Source: Vicugna vicugna (taxonomy: Eukaryota). From it: a stretch of 64,000 nt of DNA. Shown here piece by piece: positions 26,650-40,609 of the stretch. How positions within the stretch are numbered: position 1 is the first letter of the stretch; the number at the start of each line of letters is the position of its first letter. A program made the position numbers and the translations under genes. The stretch is from assembly GCA_013265495.1 (NCBI GenBank), contig MU058423.1, positions 2,433,061 through 2,497,060 of the forward strand. Direction: 5' to 3'. The notes under the pieces are model-generated. The model was not told the origin of the DNA, searched no databases, and worked only from the letters and a program-made list of their open reading frames with translations.

Positions 26650-27460
26650 TAATAAAATGGATCTTAGATGCTTTTCCTTAATATACAAAGAGCTTCTAAA
26701 AATCAATGACAAAAAGATGAATAGCCCTCCCTCAAAATGGTCAAAGGCCAATAACATAGGATTCACAAAGAGAGAAGAAAGAAATTCAAATAGCCAACAA
26801 ATATAGTAAAATATGCTCAACTTCACTCTTAAAGACATTTCAAAATTTTTAATGAGATATCATTTTCACCTATCAAATCAGCAGAGATTTAAAGGTTTGA
26901 TAATACCTGTGTTGGTGCTGATGCAAGAAAATGGGCATTCTCGTACATTGTTGGTGGAACCGTAAATTGTTACAGTGGTTTTTAGAAGGCAATTTGGGAA
27001 CGTATATTCAAATTTTAATCAGCTGACAATTAATCTTCAAATACAGTTGTTCATCTCAGCGCTGTTCGTAATAGTAAAAACTGAAAGCAGCTTAAATGTC
27101 CAAAAAAGGAACTGGTTACTGAAGTCTTTACAAAGTCCTTTGTAGTCATTGCAAAGAATGGGTAGGTCTATGGATGTCGACATGAAAAAGATGCCCGAGA
27201 TATGATATTAAGTGGGGGGAAAAAAGTAAGCTGAAAAACAATATGGCTATGATATGATTCATTTGTATTTTTTAAAAAACCATATATAGTTATGTGTAGC
27301 TATATATGCTTGTCTATAAGGAGCATATCTTAGGGATAAATAAGAAATTAAGAGTGGTTCCCTTGGGAATAGGAGGGGGCAAGGAGGAAGGGTGAATAGA
27401 ATGCTGTTAATTTTTATATGCCTTCCTCTGATCTGATTTATCATAAATTTTATAATTTTA
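26650..27460 (+). mobile_element. Old L1 (L1ME-like) ORF2-end/3' fragment
   Basis: aatatacaaagagcttctaaaaatcaat...atgctcaacttcactc...tgagatatcattttcacctatc...attgttggtggaaccgtaaattg, typical sense-strand L1 sequence. Confidence 0.7.
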
Positions 27461-29167
27461 CAAAGTATATATTTTATGAAGTATAATTGACATATAACAA
27501 ATTAGTTTCAGGTATGCAACATAATGATTCCATATACATATATAAATTGATTTTTTCAAGGGGCCTCTGGCAAGGAAAAGACGAGAGAGACCCCAGTTTA
27601 GAAGCCCTGGGGGATTACAAAGGAGGGGTCATGGGAGGATGTGAGGGCAGCTGTCCTGAGGCCCAGAGCGGAGCCCTGTAGGAGCAGGCCTCTCTTTCAT
27701 CTGGCAGAGGAGGGAGGGCTGTGGACAGAAGTCTGCCCTCTGAGCACCTCCATGCCACTTAGGCAGGGGAGACAGAGGCAGCCTGGGGAGAGAAGCCAGC
27801 CCTCAGGCAGCAGTATGAACCTCATGGGGGCAGGCTGACTTGCCCTGGGGTCTGGTCCAGCCCCTGCTCCTATCACTCCACCCCAGGGCTCCTCCTTTAT
27901 TTTCTATCTGACCAAGGCCTGGACAAAATCTCTGACCCACCAGAACAGAATTTGCACAAGAACTTTTCTGAAAGAGAAAGTGGAAAGGCCAACAAATTGT
28001 TGGTTGTTTGAGAACAGATCTCTGCCCGGAAGATCTCACAGCCTGGCCAGAGATGCTGGGGCAAGGGTGGGGTCCTCTGGGGGAGGAGGACTTTCCTGGT
28101 CTTTGTGGGATTCCTCTGACCCACCCACCCCCAACTCCAGTCCTGTGGGGGCAGGGTGGGTCACGTGGTCCTTGACTGGGATGTCACCTTGCTTCCTTGA
28201 CCCTCAGTCTCTTCATCTGTGAAGTGGGGATCATGGCACCTTGAGGATTGATGTGAGAATTAGAAACATAATATAAATAAATATTATAACACAATGATTT
28301 CCATACAAGAAACACACAGTTAACTAACCTTATTGTGGTAATCATTTTTCGATATATACATATACCCATTCATTATGTCATACATCTTAAATTTACATAG
28401 TGTTAAGTGTCAATTATATCTCAGTAAGGCTGGGGAGGTGGGGAGCATATGTAACCATATCTGTTCATCAGTATTCTCTAAACACAGCCTTACCTCTTGT
28501 GCCTTTGCTGGTTCCCCCATCCCAGATGTCCCCCCCCCTTTTCTCCATCTGGCAAAATCTTGCTCGTGTTTCAAGGCTTAGCTCCAGTATCACCTCCCTC
28601 ATCAAAACTTCTGCAGTCCTTGCTGAGCAGAAGCACCCTCTCCTCCTCAGGGCTTCTGGGCACTTTGTTCATAGCCCCTCAGCCTTCACGCACTAAGTCA
28701 TGGGAGCCTTTGGCCCCATGCCCTGGGGGCTCTGGGCTGCGATGCTACCTTGCCTTTGTGTCCCTGTCTTTGACACGAGGCCACTGGATAAATCTTTGTC
28801 AAATGCCCATGCGAATGACTTCTGCTAATCCTGACCACCTTCTCTGGTCCTTTTTAGGGAAGGGAGTGAGCAGAGGAATGGGACTTCTTTCTTCCTCATT
28901 GCTTCTCTGGATTTGTTTGATTCCAAAGGAGCTGGGCTGCCCTGAAGAGCTCAATGCAGAGACCTCATGATGCTGGGACGCCCTCACTGGGAGGGAAGGG
29001 CCAGGGAAACCAAGGGGCACAGCCGGGAGCTGGACTGGGCTGGGACATATGCCCAGGAAATGTGGGTGCCTAATCCAGGGCTGTCCCGTCAGGTCACCAG
29101 ACCTAGCAGCTTCAGTGGCCACACACTGGCCTTTTGAGGAAAGGGGCCCGCCTCCCTCTGTCACCCC

Positions 29168-29202
29168 CACCACGCACACGCACACGCACACGCACACACA
29201 CA
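29168..29202 (+). repeat. (CACGCA)n/(CA)n microsatellite
   Basis: cacgcacacgcacacgcacacgcacacacaca seen directly. Confidence 0.85.
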
Positions 29203-30159
29203 GAGCTGTGCACAGCTGGCCTGTTCCTTCTGGGCCTGCTGCTCCTCCCTACTCCCAGGAGGGCCAGACCTGTGCTTAAGAAAAGTTGTGGGTTGGTCCT
29301 GCCCCCTGCTGGCCTTAGAGGGAATGGCTCCTCAACTGACAACCAGGAGGAAGTGCCCAGGGCTGCACAGCCACCCCACGTGATATTGTTCCGGAAAACA
29401 AAGACCACCCCAGCCCCAGGTCCTTCCCATTGTCCTGTGGGTCTCACCATACGTCCCTACTGTTCAACTCCAAACCCCCTAGGCCCGGCAAGTTCCTTCA
29501 GGACCCTTCCAAAGGTCCTGATGTCCCTTTCCAAACTGATTTCCCACCAGACCCTCCCAAAACCCTGGCCCCAGGTAAAGCATCTATTCTTTGTCCCTAG
29601 AACACACTTGCCAGTGTGTCCTGATCCCCAGCCTTGACACAGGCTATCCCCTTCTCCATCAAAGCTCTTACCTTTTCTCTCTGCTTCAAGATCAAGTTCA
29701 AGTCTGCTGACTGCCTCAGCTCCAGGCACCCTCACTCTGCCGAATTTGTCCTCTAGTGCTCAGCTGGAGCTCATTCCTGTCCCCTGCGGCTTGTGCCTGC
29801 CTTAGTCTCATCTGCAACTAGACCAAAGCATGGTCACATTGGAACGTGCACAAGCTCAGGCGTTCAGCAAAGGGCCTTGCACACAGTTAGCGCATAATCA
29901 GTGCTGGGTGGGGAAGGTGATCAATCCAGCACCTCATGCTTCCTCCTACCAGCCCCAAGGGCTTTGGGGAGGCTGGCAGGGTCCCTTGGGAAGGAGAAGG
30001 TTGGTCTCAGTTTAATGTGTAGGTCCCTGATCATTTTCCAAGCCCGTTGCCCTCACAGAACTAGTATCCCGGCGACACCAGCTGTCGGGAAGATAGGAAA
30101 GAGGGGGAGGCCCCTTGATATGCAGCTGAATGTGGGAGAAATTTGTGTCCAAGGGGCGC

Positions 30160-31150
30160 CTTTATTCATTCACTCATTCATTCATTCACTCATTCATTCA
30201 CTCAGTGATCCTCTATTAGATGTGTTGTGGGTATTACACAGAAAAGACACAAAATCCTGTCCTCAAGCATTTCATCATCTAGTGGGAGGGAAAATTAAGA
30301 TGCTCACCAATACCTTGCATTAAGGTTTCTGACAGAGATACAAGAAATGGCATGTCTTCTCTGATCACAAACCCTGAACCAGCTGAGAGGCAAGGAGAAT
30401 CCAGAGAGCCTTCCAGGAGGAGGGTATGTTGAAGGTGAGACAGGGAGGAGGAGTAGGTGTTAGGTAAGAAAGGTGGGGAGGCAGAAGGTACAGCAATGTC
30501 TGGAGCTCAGGGTACTTCTTTGCAGATGGGTTTGGGGTGGGAAGAGTATGAACTGGAGAGAAAGCAAATCTCAAAGCTAAGGAGTTTGATCTTTTTCCTT
30601 AAAGCAATGGGAGTAACCGATAGATTTATAGGCAGGGAAGTGAGGTGTATAGATCTGAATTTTAGAAAGATCTGTTGGGCAAAGGTGGGGAAGCATCAGA
30701 ATCCCTGAAGAGGAGACATCGTGTGAGAAGTGGGGGAGGCTGTGGTGGAATAAGGGGTGGAGGGGGAGGATATCTGAATTAAGGCAGTAACAGCAGGATT
30801 GGAAGACCATGAGCAGATTCTGGAGATTTAAAGAAACCACAGGACTCAGTGCTCGGATGTGGGGAGTGTATGGTGGGAGCACAGACGGAGATGCGGACAC
30901 AGCGGGAGGAGCAGGTGGGGGCTGTGGAGAGAGCAGGCTCAGTTTGGAGCATGGTGAACTCAAAATGTTTGGGGACATTGGCCAAAGCTGACCAAGAGAT
31001 GGGCATCTAGCTGGGGCAAAGGTGCAGAGAGACCAGAGTCTGAGCCATCGATGGAGGTATCTCCCAGACTGGGAGTGGCTGCACTCGCCCAGGGACAGTG
31101 GGTTAAGGGAGAAGAGGTGGAGATGGGAGGTCCCGCTCATTTTAGAGGTT
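30160..31150 (+). mobile_element. L2 LINE remnant beginning with (TTCA)n; strand given as read, element orientation uncertain
   Basis: ttcattcactcattcattc tract followed by purine-rich L2-like blocks (gagccttccaggaggagg; gagtttgatctttttccttaaagcaatggga). Confidence 0.55.
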
Positions 31151-33109
31151 CTTTAGATAATCACTGAGGGACAGGGACAAGAACAAACTAGAGGCAGTGT
31201 GGTTAGTGGAAAGGCATTCACATCAGAGGACATGGATTCATATTCCAGCTTTTCCAGTTACGTGACCATTCCCTTATGTCTCCAAGCCTCTGTTTCCCCT
31301 ATCGTGAAATAGTCTTAATTATACTTGCTTTGTAGGATTATTGAAGGAACAAAATAATAATACCCATAAAGCACATCACACAGCTCTTGGCACTAACAGA
31401 AAGCTAAATGTTCTGCTTTGAATGGGACATGTTTGTTTTCGTCAATAGGAGTGGCAGAGGATGAATGAAGGAATCCCTTTTTTTTAACTGTGTTCCTATA
31501 AGTGAGATGTCTGCCTTCTGGATGAAGGCACGCGATTGGTCATTTACCATAGTGTCCTTTGAAAAGATGTGTTCAATAAATGGAAGCCACTATCATGAAA
31601 GGCAAACACAGAGAAGTTGCAAAGCTTCCAGAATCTTCCAAGTCGGCTAGTCCTCCTGACCGGAAGCCCCTTTGGACCTCTACCTGCCAATTTTGTTACT
31701 AGGTGGATAAGCAAATCCAGGCAGGACATCTGTGTCTCTGAAGCTCCCACTTGTGTCCCCGAGGGGACGAGCTGGGACAACCAGCCCTGTGGGGCCTCTG
31801 TCCTCCCCTGGGGGTGGGGGGTGGGTTCTGAATGAACACCACAGCCCACCACTCGTGACCCTTGCCTTGCCCTTCAGTATCTTCCCTGGAACTGCAGCTT
31901 GCTGGTGGAAGGGCACAGCGGGGGCCTCAGTCTCTGCCCTGGGTCTGATTCCAAGTCCTCACCTTTCCTGTCTGCAATTCACCTTCTGGCCAGCAGAGGG
32001 AGCCCTACCCCTCCCAGCCAGCCTGGAGCCAGGGCCCTGGAGGAGGCTAAGAGTCAGAAGACACTAAATCACCGCTGTGCAGGGCATGTGACATTTTAGT
32101 GCAGTGCCTGGCCAGGGAAAGCATTAGATAAGAAGTAGCCATGGTTGTCTCCATTTTGCAGATGAGGAAACTGAGGTTCCAAGAGTTAAACTTGAATCCA
32201 GGTGTTCAGGTGTTGATAACTATCTAGACAGCTCCAGGAGGGAACGATTCTGGCTCTTAATCTGCCACAAGCTTGCCTTAAAAGAGGGGGCACACTGGGT
32301 GGATGTTCCAGAAATGCAGGCCTGACGCTGGCCTGGGGAAGAATGTTGTAACCGTCCGGGCTGGCTGGAGCAGGGACTGCCTTGACTGTCTGAGGGAGTG
32401 TTTCAGGGAGTCAGGAATTAAGGGTGGTGGGTCTTTCTAAGGCCTCCTCCAGCCCAGGGGACCACATTCTGAGAGGACTGAAGGGCCACACACAGTGGGT
32501 GCCTGCCCGGAATCACAGAGGCCACTGTCGTCCTGGGGGCTCAGCTCCCCCGGGACCTTGCCGCTGTCCACACTGTCCCTGGGACATGGTCAGCCTCAGG
32601 GCAGGAGAGGCCCCGTATCTTCTCTGCAGGCCTCTGGATCCCAATCACAGGCCAAAGGGCAGCCCCCCACTGCCTGTTCCACAGCTGGCCCCTCCCTCGG
32701 GCTCATTCTGGAATCCAGGGCAGGCCTCTCAGGGCAGGGTCTTTGGTGACCTGAGTTTTGCGCTCTGTTCACAGGGCTACAACCCCGCCTGCTGGGGAGG
32801 GCAGCGGAGCCACAGATCATGCCCATCAGGCTCATTCTGGGAGCCCTGCGGGGCTGTCTGCTCAGGCTTCTCTGTGGGCAAATATTCTGGGTTAGAGTTG
32901 GGGAGGCAGGGGCTCCTGGCTCCAGAGTAGAGCACAGCAGGACACTCCTCTGGAAGGACATGCCTGCCTGGGCACAAGCACACCAGCTGACTGAGTGGGG
33001 AGGGCGGGAGGCAGCCTGAGGGACAGCCTCTCAGGTCCAAGCCTCTCAGGGCGGCAGCCTAGCACTGGTCTCTTCTGGGTGACACGCTGAAGGCAGGACG
33101 TTGCCAGCT

Positions 33110-33270
33110 GGAGGGCGGTGGAGCACTGGCTCCCATCAGAACCCCTGGGGAGACTGTAAAAATTTGGATTCTGGGACTCATTCCTGGACTCTCCATGGAT
33201 GGATCTAGGGCTTTGCATGTTCAACCAGGCTTCCCAGGGATCCCTTTGGATCGGGCATTTGAGACACAGC
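33110..33270. mobile_element. hAT-Charlie MITE remnant (MER5A-like)
   Basis: catcagaacccctggggagactgtaaaaat...tttgcatgttcaaccaggcttcccagggat...tttgagacacag resembles MER5A. Confidence 0.5.
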
Positions 33271-36200
33271 TCTGGAGAGACCAAGATGGCAGCCTGCCTG
33301 GCACCGCGCTATCCTGGGATGGCTGAGGGAGCTGGAGAAGGCCCGCCGGGGGAGAGATGCCGTGGAGCTCTCAGGTCTACTTTGAGTGGCTCCGCAGGGA
33401 GAGCTGGGAGCACAGGAAGGACTTACAGGGAGCTGATGATGGGGAACACACTGACGGAGCCCTCCCCTGCTCCAGACGCGTGACCTGTGTTGTCCTGAGT
33501 AACCCTTATGGTCATTGTCAGCGCTTTTGACATGCAATGAACGAGAACTCAGGTTCCAAGGCCACACAGCTGAGAGCCAGAGCTAGGGCTCAAACTGAGT
33601 GTTTCGACTCTGAGGCCCTTGCTATGTCCTGTGTAGGGTCCCACATGGCTGCATTACTGGGGAGGTAACGACGGCCTGGTCACTGAGGGTCCCAGTAGTG
33701 TCCGGGTGCTAGAGAAAGGAACCTTGCTTCGCGTGGAGGAACAACGTGGGGTGGGCATATGTGACGGGCTTTGAGGGTCAAGAAACCGAGAGGCCTCCAG
33801 ACTCCTGGGCTGGCTCTGTGTTCCCCCCCACCCCCTCACACCCCTTCCCAAGGCTCAGGAAGGACTGCACAGCGTGTCCCGCACCTCTCAGAGCCAACCA
33901 GGGTGTGCCTTGGCCCCAGCCCAAATGCTGGGTGGCCTCTTGGGGAGGCCCGAGATTCCTCAGCGGCACAGCCCAAGGCCTCTGGACCCTCCGCGGCCAC
34001 GTGGCACAGAGGGCAGGCTGAGCCCTCCCGCTGGCCTTCCCAGTGAGGGGGGCGAGGGGGCCAGGCCACCGACCTCACCCTCCAGCAACCACCCCTGAGC
34101 AGGACTGAGTCCCAGGGCTGCAGGAAGTATACTTTCCTGGGACGCTTTGATCTTGTTTTGTTACTTTAAAAGTTGCCATTTATTTTGCATGGGGTGGAGA
34201 GGGAATGGAGAGGCACTGATTACAAAAATAACATGATCTGTGGGGAAAAGTTGGAAAACAGAGAAAAGCACAAAGAAGAAACCACACAGAACCCTCCCCC
34301 GCAAGAGCCCTAGAGATAACGGGCATCACTTCTTTTCATTTCTTTTCTTCAAAACAAGATGCTAGGTTCAAAAGGCACTCCTGCCGCTTACTGGCCGCGT
34401 GACCTAGGATAAATTACCTCTCACGTCATTGTGCCTCAGTTTCTTCATATGTAACTTGAACAAGTTACATATGAAGATGGAAATAACAGGACCTACTTTA
34501 AAGGGTTGTTGCGAACATTCGACAGGTGTCCGTCACAGAACACATCCTGAGCAAATGTTTAGATTCACATGGTGACTTTTTTTCTATGTTTAGATTTTCA
34601 TGATGACAATTTTATTCTATTTTTTTTTACAAAATTGAGTATTACCATTTGTAACAAGCCTTTTCCACCTAACACCACATCATGACCATTTTCTAGGTTT
34701 ATAAAGAGTTACATGATTGCAATGTTTTCTGTTTCGATTCATGTGATCACAAGGTTTGTTTAGATTTTTTTTCTATTTTCACTTACATGATTTCAATTTA
34801 TGTATTTATTTGTTTGTTTATTTTACAGAACTAGGATCTCACAGGACCTACATTTTGTAGCCTGCAGTTTCCATCTAATGCTGTGCCATGAACTTTCCCA
34901 CACATCACTGAATAGACTTACACACAGTTTTGAATGGCTGCATTGTGGTCACCTTGGGCAGTGGACTAAAGTGGAAACAGGAGCAGAGGGGCGTGATGGA
35001 GGTCCTGATGGGGTTGGGCCACCTCCCCTGCACACCCATGGCAGTTGCTAGGCCAGGCCCAGAGGGACAGTGAGCTGGGCCCGTGTCAGGCCCCTCCCTT
35101 GAGACCACCAAAGGCAGGCCCTTGTTAGAGGCTGCCCCAGCCTGGCCAATGGCTCCTCTCCACCCTGGCTTTTCTGGAAGCCTGCTCTGAACCACGGTCC
35201 GAGGTCTGGGCCTCTGGCAAAGGGCTTTCCAGACATTCCTGAGGGCCTCTCCTCCAGGGCTGTCTAGGGAGGTGAGGCTGGGTGAATCTGGGCCCCTGGG
35301 ACCACCGACCTCCCTGGATGAGCGGTGGGATGCAGAGAGGAGGGGAGGGAGGAGGAGGCCTGTGGGAGAGTCGCCCAGCGGATCCAAGGCTGGGCGGAGG
35401 CAAAACCAAGTGCCTGGAAATGGGAGGAGAGACACTGAGAATGTCCTCTACAGGGACATCCTGCTGCCCCGGATAGTTAGGAGGAGGTAGGAGAAATAAG
35501 GCTCTGAATTTAGGAGACTGAGGGACTTGGGATGAGCTAGGCAAGTCGGGGCAGGCCTGAGATTCTAACCCCAGTCTCCCAGTCCCTGGATGGGGCGGTT
35601 TCCAGGAGCACCTAAGGCCCAGCCTCTCTCCTGAAAAATCAAGCCTCCGACACCACACTGGCCCCAGAGAATTGACCGTATGCCCCCACATCACCCGCTC
35701 CCGGCCTCCTCCTGCTGCCGGACCACTTTCCTTCCCCTGCCTGTATGGGGAGGTGGGGCGTGGGGGTACAGTGGAGTCACCCCAGGGAACGAGGCCAGAG
35801 GCAGTATGCGCAGGAGCCCCAGCTGGCTTCTGCCCTTCTCTCAGGGAGGCCAGCCCCTCCGTCTACACCCAGACCCCACTCTGTATCTGTCTGCTTCTCC
35901 TACATCTGGAATGTAAGCTCCAAGTGCAAGGACGTCACCACTTTTGTTTGCTCCTCTGTCTGGCCCACAGAAGCACCCTGCGCTGGGTGCCAGGACCGGG
36001 GGCAGTAGGGGTGGGGTTTGTTTCTGTGACTCCCCAGCAGCCCTGGTGCCAGGCATCAGACCCTGGCCACGGCCACCGTGACTCAGGCCCAAGCTCTGAA
36101 TCTGAGATGGAGGCCGTGGCCCGTCCGTGCAAGTTACCAGCAAGAGCTCGGGCTGGACCTGCTCCGGCACGCATCCCCAGTGCTCCTAGCGGGCACCTCG

Positions 36201-39200
36201 CCCCTGGTGGCCTTTCAGCCACAAGCAGGCCTCTCTCCCCAAATACCAGAGCCCTGCCCTGCCTCCCCCACTGCCCTTCATGAAAGCGGAGCTCTCTTTT
36301 CTCAGAGCCCTTCATAGTGTCCCCAACACTGACCTGGGCCTGTTCTAGAGTTTCCAAGAGGCCTGGGCCTGCTTCCGGGGCCAAGCCAGGGTAGCCTAGA
36401 GGGGCTTCAGCCTGAAACCTGTGCACCTCGGTCCACGCCTACACCCCATTCCTCAGCAGCCTCTCCCTGTGCTCTGAGAACCAGCAAGTGGCAGGGCCAT
36501 CCCAGGAGGCAGGCACCAGCAACACCTTTGTCACAACTTTGTGCAAAGTCATTCAGTGACTCCACTTAGAACCAAATGATAAAAGATACATGTATCCTCT
36601 GTCCCCTGCTACCACCTTTCCCCCACACTGACACACACAGAGTTCATGCTCTGTCCATATCCAATTTCTCACCACACCACTTCACCCACCATCCAGCAGG
36701 ACTGCTACTCTCTCCACCTGGCATTCCCTTCCCATGTCATCTCTGGGCCAGATTCCTACATGATTTTTAAGGGCTGGCCTCAGCATCCCTTCCTCTGGGA
36801 AGTCTTCCCTGATGCCCCCGGAGTATGGTCCTTTGTGCCTGGACTGCCTCGGGGCATGTATTTGTCCTTAGGTCCTTCTCTCCCCTAGATGTGGCAAAAC
36901 ACTATCCTGGGGCCTCAGGGAGCCTAGTCTGATGGGGACAGTCCCCTCAATGTGACACACACAGTAGTGGAGGGATGTGTGGACAAGGTGTCTGGGAGCC
37001 AGGGGTCAGAGTCTCCACAGTCCCAGGTGGTGGGAAGGCTTCCAGAGGAAGCAGAGCTTCCGGGTAGACACGGAGGAGAGGAGGCGTTTCCCACGGGCAG
37101 AGAGAATGGCAGGTAGCCAGGCACCCAGGCATGACACGTCAAGGACTCACAAATCGTTCTCTGAGCTGAGTGTAAAGTACAAGGGGCAGGGAGTGGGGGG
37201 AGATAAGGCTGGACTCAGAGGCAGAGGCCTCAAATTCATGGGGCTCCTACTCCATTAAGCAGGAAATAAGGTGCGACTTACTACGTTCGGGTAAGAGTGA
37301 GTACACGTCTCCCATCTAGCCACGATTTCATACGATGCTGCTGACTAATTCATCAAGGCAATGGTTCCAGGGCAAAATGATGCTCAAAGCGGTCCAAGTC
37401 CCAGTTAAACAAAGAATGTAATATCGAAAGCTTTTAGAAGGAATTCTTTCTAAATCCTTTGAAATTGAATTCCTGGGACTTCTAGGGTTCCTAGAGTTAA
37501 CAAGAATTTATCCAATAAATTGTTAAATATCTTCAAAGTTTTAATAAATTTATGCATCTTTTTTAACTGCCAGGATAAGGCATTTGGATTTGGTCCTGAA
37601 AGCAGCGGGGAGTTAGTGACGGGTTTTCGACAGAGGAGTGGGTGTTCAAATTTCCAGTTAAGGAAGTTGCCCTCTCTGCAAGGAGGACAGAGGACTAAAA
37701 AGAACAAGACTGGAGGCAGGGAGGGTTGGAAGACTGCTGCGCAGTTACAGGTGGACAGTTTGACAAAGGGCTGAGTCCAGGCCGTAGCAGTGGGCTGGCA
37801 GACGGGTCTGTAAGAACTTGCTAAGGAGGTAGGTCTGACAGGATGGGTGACGGGCCAGGTGTAGGGGCTGAGGGAGGACTTGGGATGGCCCCAGTGCCCT
37901 GCTTGGATGCTTGGCTGGTGTTGGTGCCTTTGCTGAGCTGGGAACCCGGGAGGAGGGGCTGGGTGGTTTGGAGCGGGATACTGAACTCAAGCTGAGTTCC
38001 AAGGTGTCTCCCAGCATCTAGCACAGTGCCTGGCAGACAGGAAGCCCTCAGTATACAGCTATGGGGTGGATGAATAAGTGAGTAGGTGAATAAATGAATG
38101 AATGAATGAGGTCCCACAGCCTTCACAGCCTTGTAATTTAAGAAGATGCCTTTGAGGTCCTACTTCCTTCCCCTCCCACCTGTGTCCTGGCTCCCTGTGC
38201 TCCAGCCAGGACTACTTTGCCAAAGAATTGTTTTGCCACCTGGAGCTTTCTTTGTGCAGAAGGATCAGTTACGGTCCCCTAATCCCCAGGGGTGAGTGGC
38301 CTGGCCTTTCCTCTTCCCTGGGGTGGCTCACAATGCCTGGCACTGAGGAAGCCCCAGCCCCAGCCCCAGCCAAGCTGCAAAGGGCCCCTGTCTGAGGAGA
38401 CCACATTGCTCCCAAGGGCACTCCTGCAGGGCCCTGCAGGTGCAGGATGCTAAGGAGGAAGGCGCTGCTCCTTGTTTCTCTGCTTGAAGGTTTCACACGG
38501 GTCTCTGCAGTGGGCTGTGCCCCTCCCCCAGCCCCTGCCCAAGTCCTCCATCAAAGTGCCCACTGTGCTTGCCCTGGCTCGGGGAGAGGCCTGTGGGGAG
38601 GACAGGGCCCGGCCTGAGCTGGGCAGGGACATGGTATTGGCTGGGCACCCGGGCCAGAGATGGGGCTGGAATGTGGCTACAGCCTTGATGAAGTTGGGGC
38701 TGGGATTGGGGAGGTAACAAAGGGATAGGCTGTCCTATCCTGAAAGAAGCTAATAGACCAAGAAACTGAGACCCAGGGAACAGAGCATCCTGGGAGGTCA
38801 GGAGAGCTGTATCCATGAGGCCATGGCTGGGGGCTGGCCCAGCGGGCACCTGATCCCTGGGCCTCTAAAGCTGGCTGCCCACTGGACTCTCTCAGGTGGG
38901 GAAGGCCCCTGGCCAGAATCCCACCCCTGGACTCCAGACGTTCCAGGCAGTGTGGTCTGGGGTAGGGGCAGGGGAGTAAGCTGAGAACACCTGGGATGGC
39001 TCCAAGGAAGCCAAAGGTGAGGGTGCAGAACATAGGCTCCCACCCCAGACCGCAGGACTCTCCACCACAGATCCTAACATGTATGGGGCCCGAGCCTCTG
39101 CCACCAGACCACTACCACACCCGCACTTCCCTCCCACCTCTCCCCTCCTGCCTTGCTCTCTTGGTTTCTGTTTATGTCCTACCTCCCTTGTTAGACTATG

Positions 39201-40440
39201 AGCTCCCAGAGGGCAGGCAAACTGGGTGCCAAGGGAGGTTTTTAAGTAAACTGAAGCACAAAAAATGGTTAGATTCAAGAACAGGGACAGAGGCGGGCCT
39301 GAGTTTCCCATCTTTGCTGAAGCCAGCCAGGTTCAACCAGAGGTCTGAGAGCATGGGGCAGGGTGCAGAAGGAAAGAGTGGAAAAGCAAGGATGGTGGGG
39401 GAGAGGGGTCCCTGCAGGGCGGGAGGGGACAAAAGAAAGGGCAGAATGAGGTGGCCCGTGTCAGGGAGAAATTTCTGCCCTCCACCTAATGCCCACTGGG
39501 GTCCCAGTTCCCAGCGCCCATCTACTCTTACAAGATCTACGTCCCGCTCATAGACACCACCTGGGCACACACAATCATGCACCCACACGCACACATGCAC
39601 ACACAGGTACACGCCAGCCCGCCAAGCCACATCCAGCCACATGTACCCTGACCACAGAAGCCAAACTGTCCCGAGGTGAGCCGTGGGTGTCTCTCCTTCT
39701 AGTCCCAGCCCTAGGGCCTGAAGCTGACCTGGGGCCTCCGAGGTGGTACCCTAAAGGCAGAGGGAGAGGGGGCCACACACTAATGCCAGAGGCCAGCAGA
39801 GGAGGAAGCTGGAAAGCGGAGGCCCCTGGCAAGGTTTGGGATGCCCATTGGCGCAGGCACTGCCATGGGTCCAGGCTTCAGTGCTGGGCAGGTGGTGGCC
39901 CAGGAGCCCTCCCCACCCACCAGAGTCCAAAGGGCACAGGTGTGGCTGCCTCATGGCCTCATCTCCATAAGGCCTGCCTGCTCTGTCGGGGCCTCCGCTG
40001 TGGCCGCGCCACTAGCAGAGAAGCCACTGCCTTCCCACCACCAGCACCGGACCACCAGCTCAAACACCTGCCCCTTTGGGGGACCAGCCACCAGGCCTCA
40101 CTGGAACCCAGGTAAGGGCCTGGCCCTCGGGCAGATCAGGGCCCAGCCGAGCTGCAGGGGATCGCAGGGCAGTGGGGGCAATTCAGTTGCTTCCTGGCCA
40201 GGGTCTCTGGCCCATTCTCAGATGTCGCCAGAAGGAGAAAGCCCACGGAGGGCTTGAGACTCAGCTGCCAGCTAGCTGGTAGGAAGCGGGGCAGGGGGAG
40301 GCCAGGTTCCAGCTGCATCTCTGGGCTGCTTCTCCCAGGGTCCGTGATGTAGACACGGATGCCTTCCCTGCTCCAGGCCCCAAAATTTGGGGACAAATTG
40401 GGTAACTGGGCTGTCACAGACACCCCCTCAGGGGAAAGAC

Positions 40441-40465
40441 AGGTCAAAGCCAGGCCCCGCTCCTC
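40441..40465 (+). promoter_or_regulatory. Candidate EPS8L3 proximal promoter elements: HNF4/DR1-like AGGTCAAAGCCAG next to GC-box-like GGCCCCGCTCC
   Basis: Motifs seen directly ~100 bp upstream of the putative first exon. Fits the known gut-epithelial expression of EPS8L3; function is inferred. Confidence 0.35.
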
Positions 40466-40483
40466 CAACTCCCAATCCTTCAT

Positions 40484-40499
40484 CCCCCCCCCCCCCCCC
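40484..40499 (+). repeat. C16 homopolymer just upstream of the putative EPS8L3 first exon
   Basis: Seen directly. Confidence 0.9.
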
Positions 40500-40539
40500 T
40501 TGAGGATTCCCTCCCCTCTTCCCCCCTACTCCCCACCGG

Positions 40540-40609
40540 ATTGTTGGGATCTTGAGCAGCAGGTATTTCCCTGGACCTGCCCACAGAGACCCGCAGGGAC
40601 CATCCTGAG
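40540..40609 (+). other. EPS8L3: Probable non-coding first exon of EPS8L3
   Basis: Donor-like GAG|GTAGGG at 40609/40610, ~2.75 kb upstream of the acceptor (TTCTAG|G, exon from ~43366) of the ATG-bearing exon. Preceded by a GC box and an HNF4-like motif. Start coordinate is a guess. Confidence 0.45.

Noticed and set aside
1..40000. Numerous 60-200 aa ORFs and a possible novel multi-gene system
   Set aside because: Overlapping ORFs on both strands with no domain similarity and no consistent exon structure, as expected by chance in GC-rich mammalian intergenic DNA. An unannotated lncRNA cannot be excluded without transcript data.
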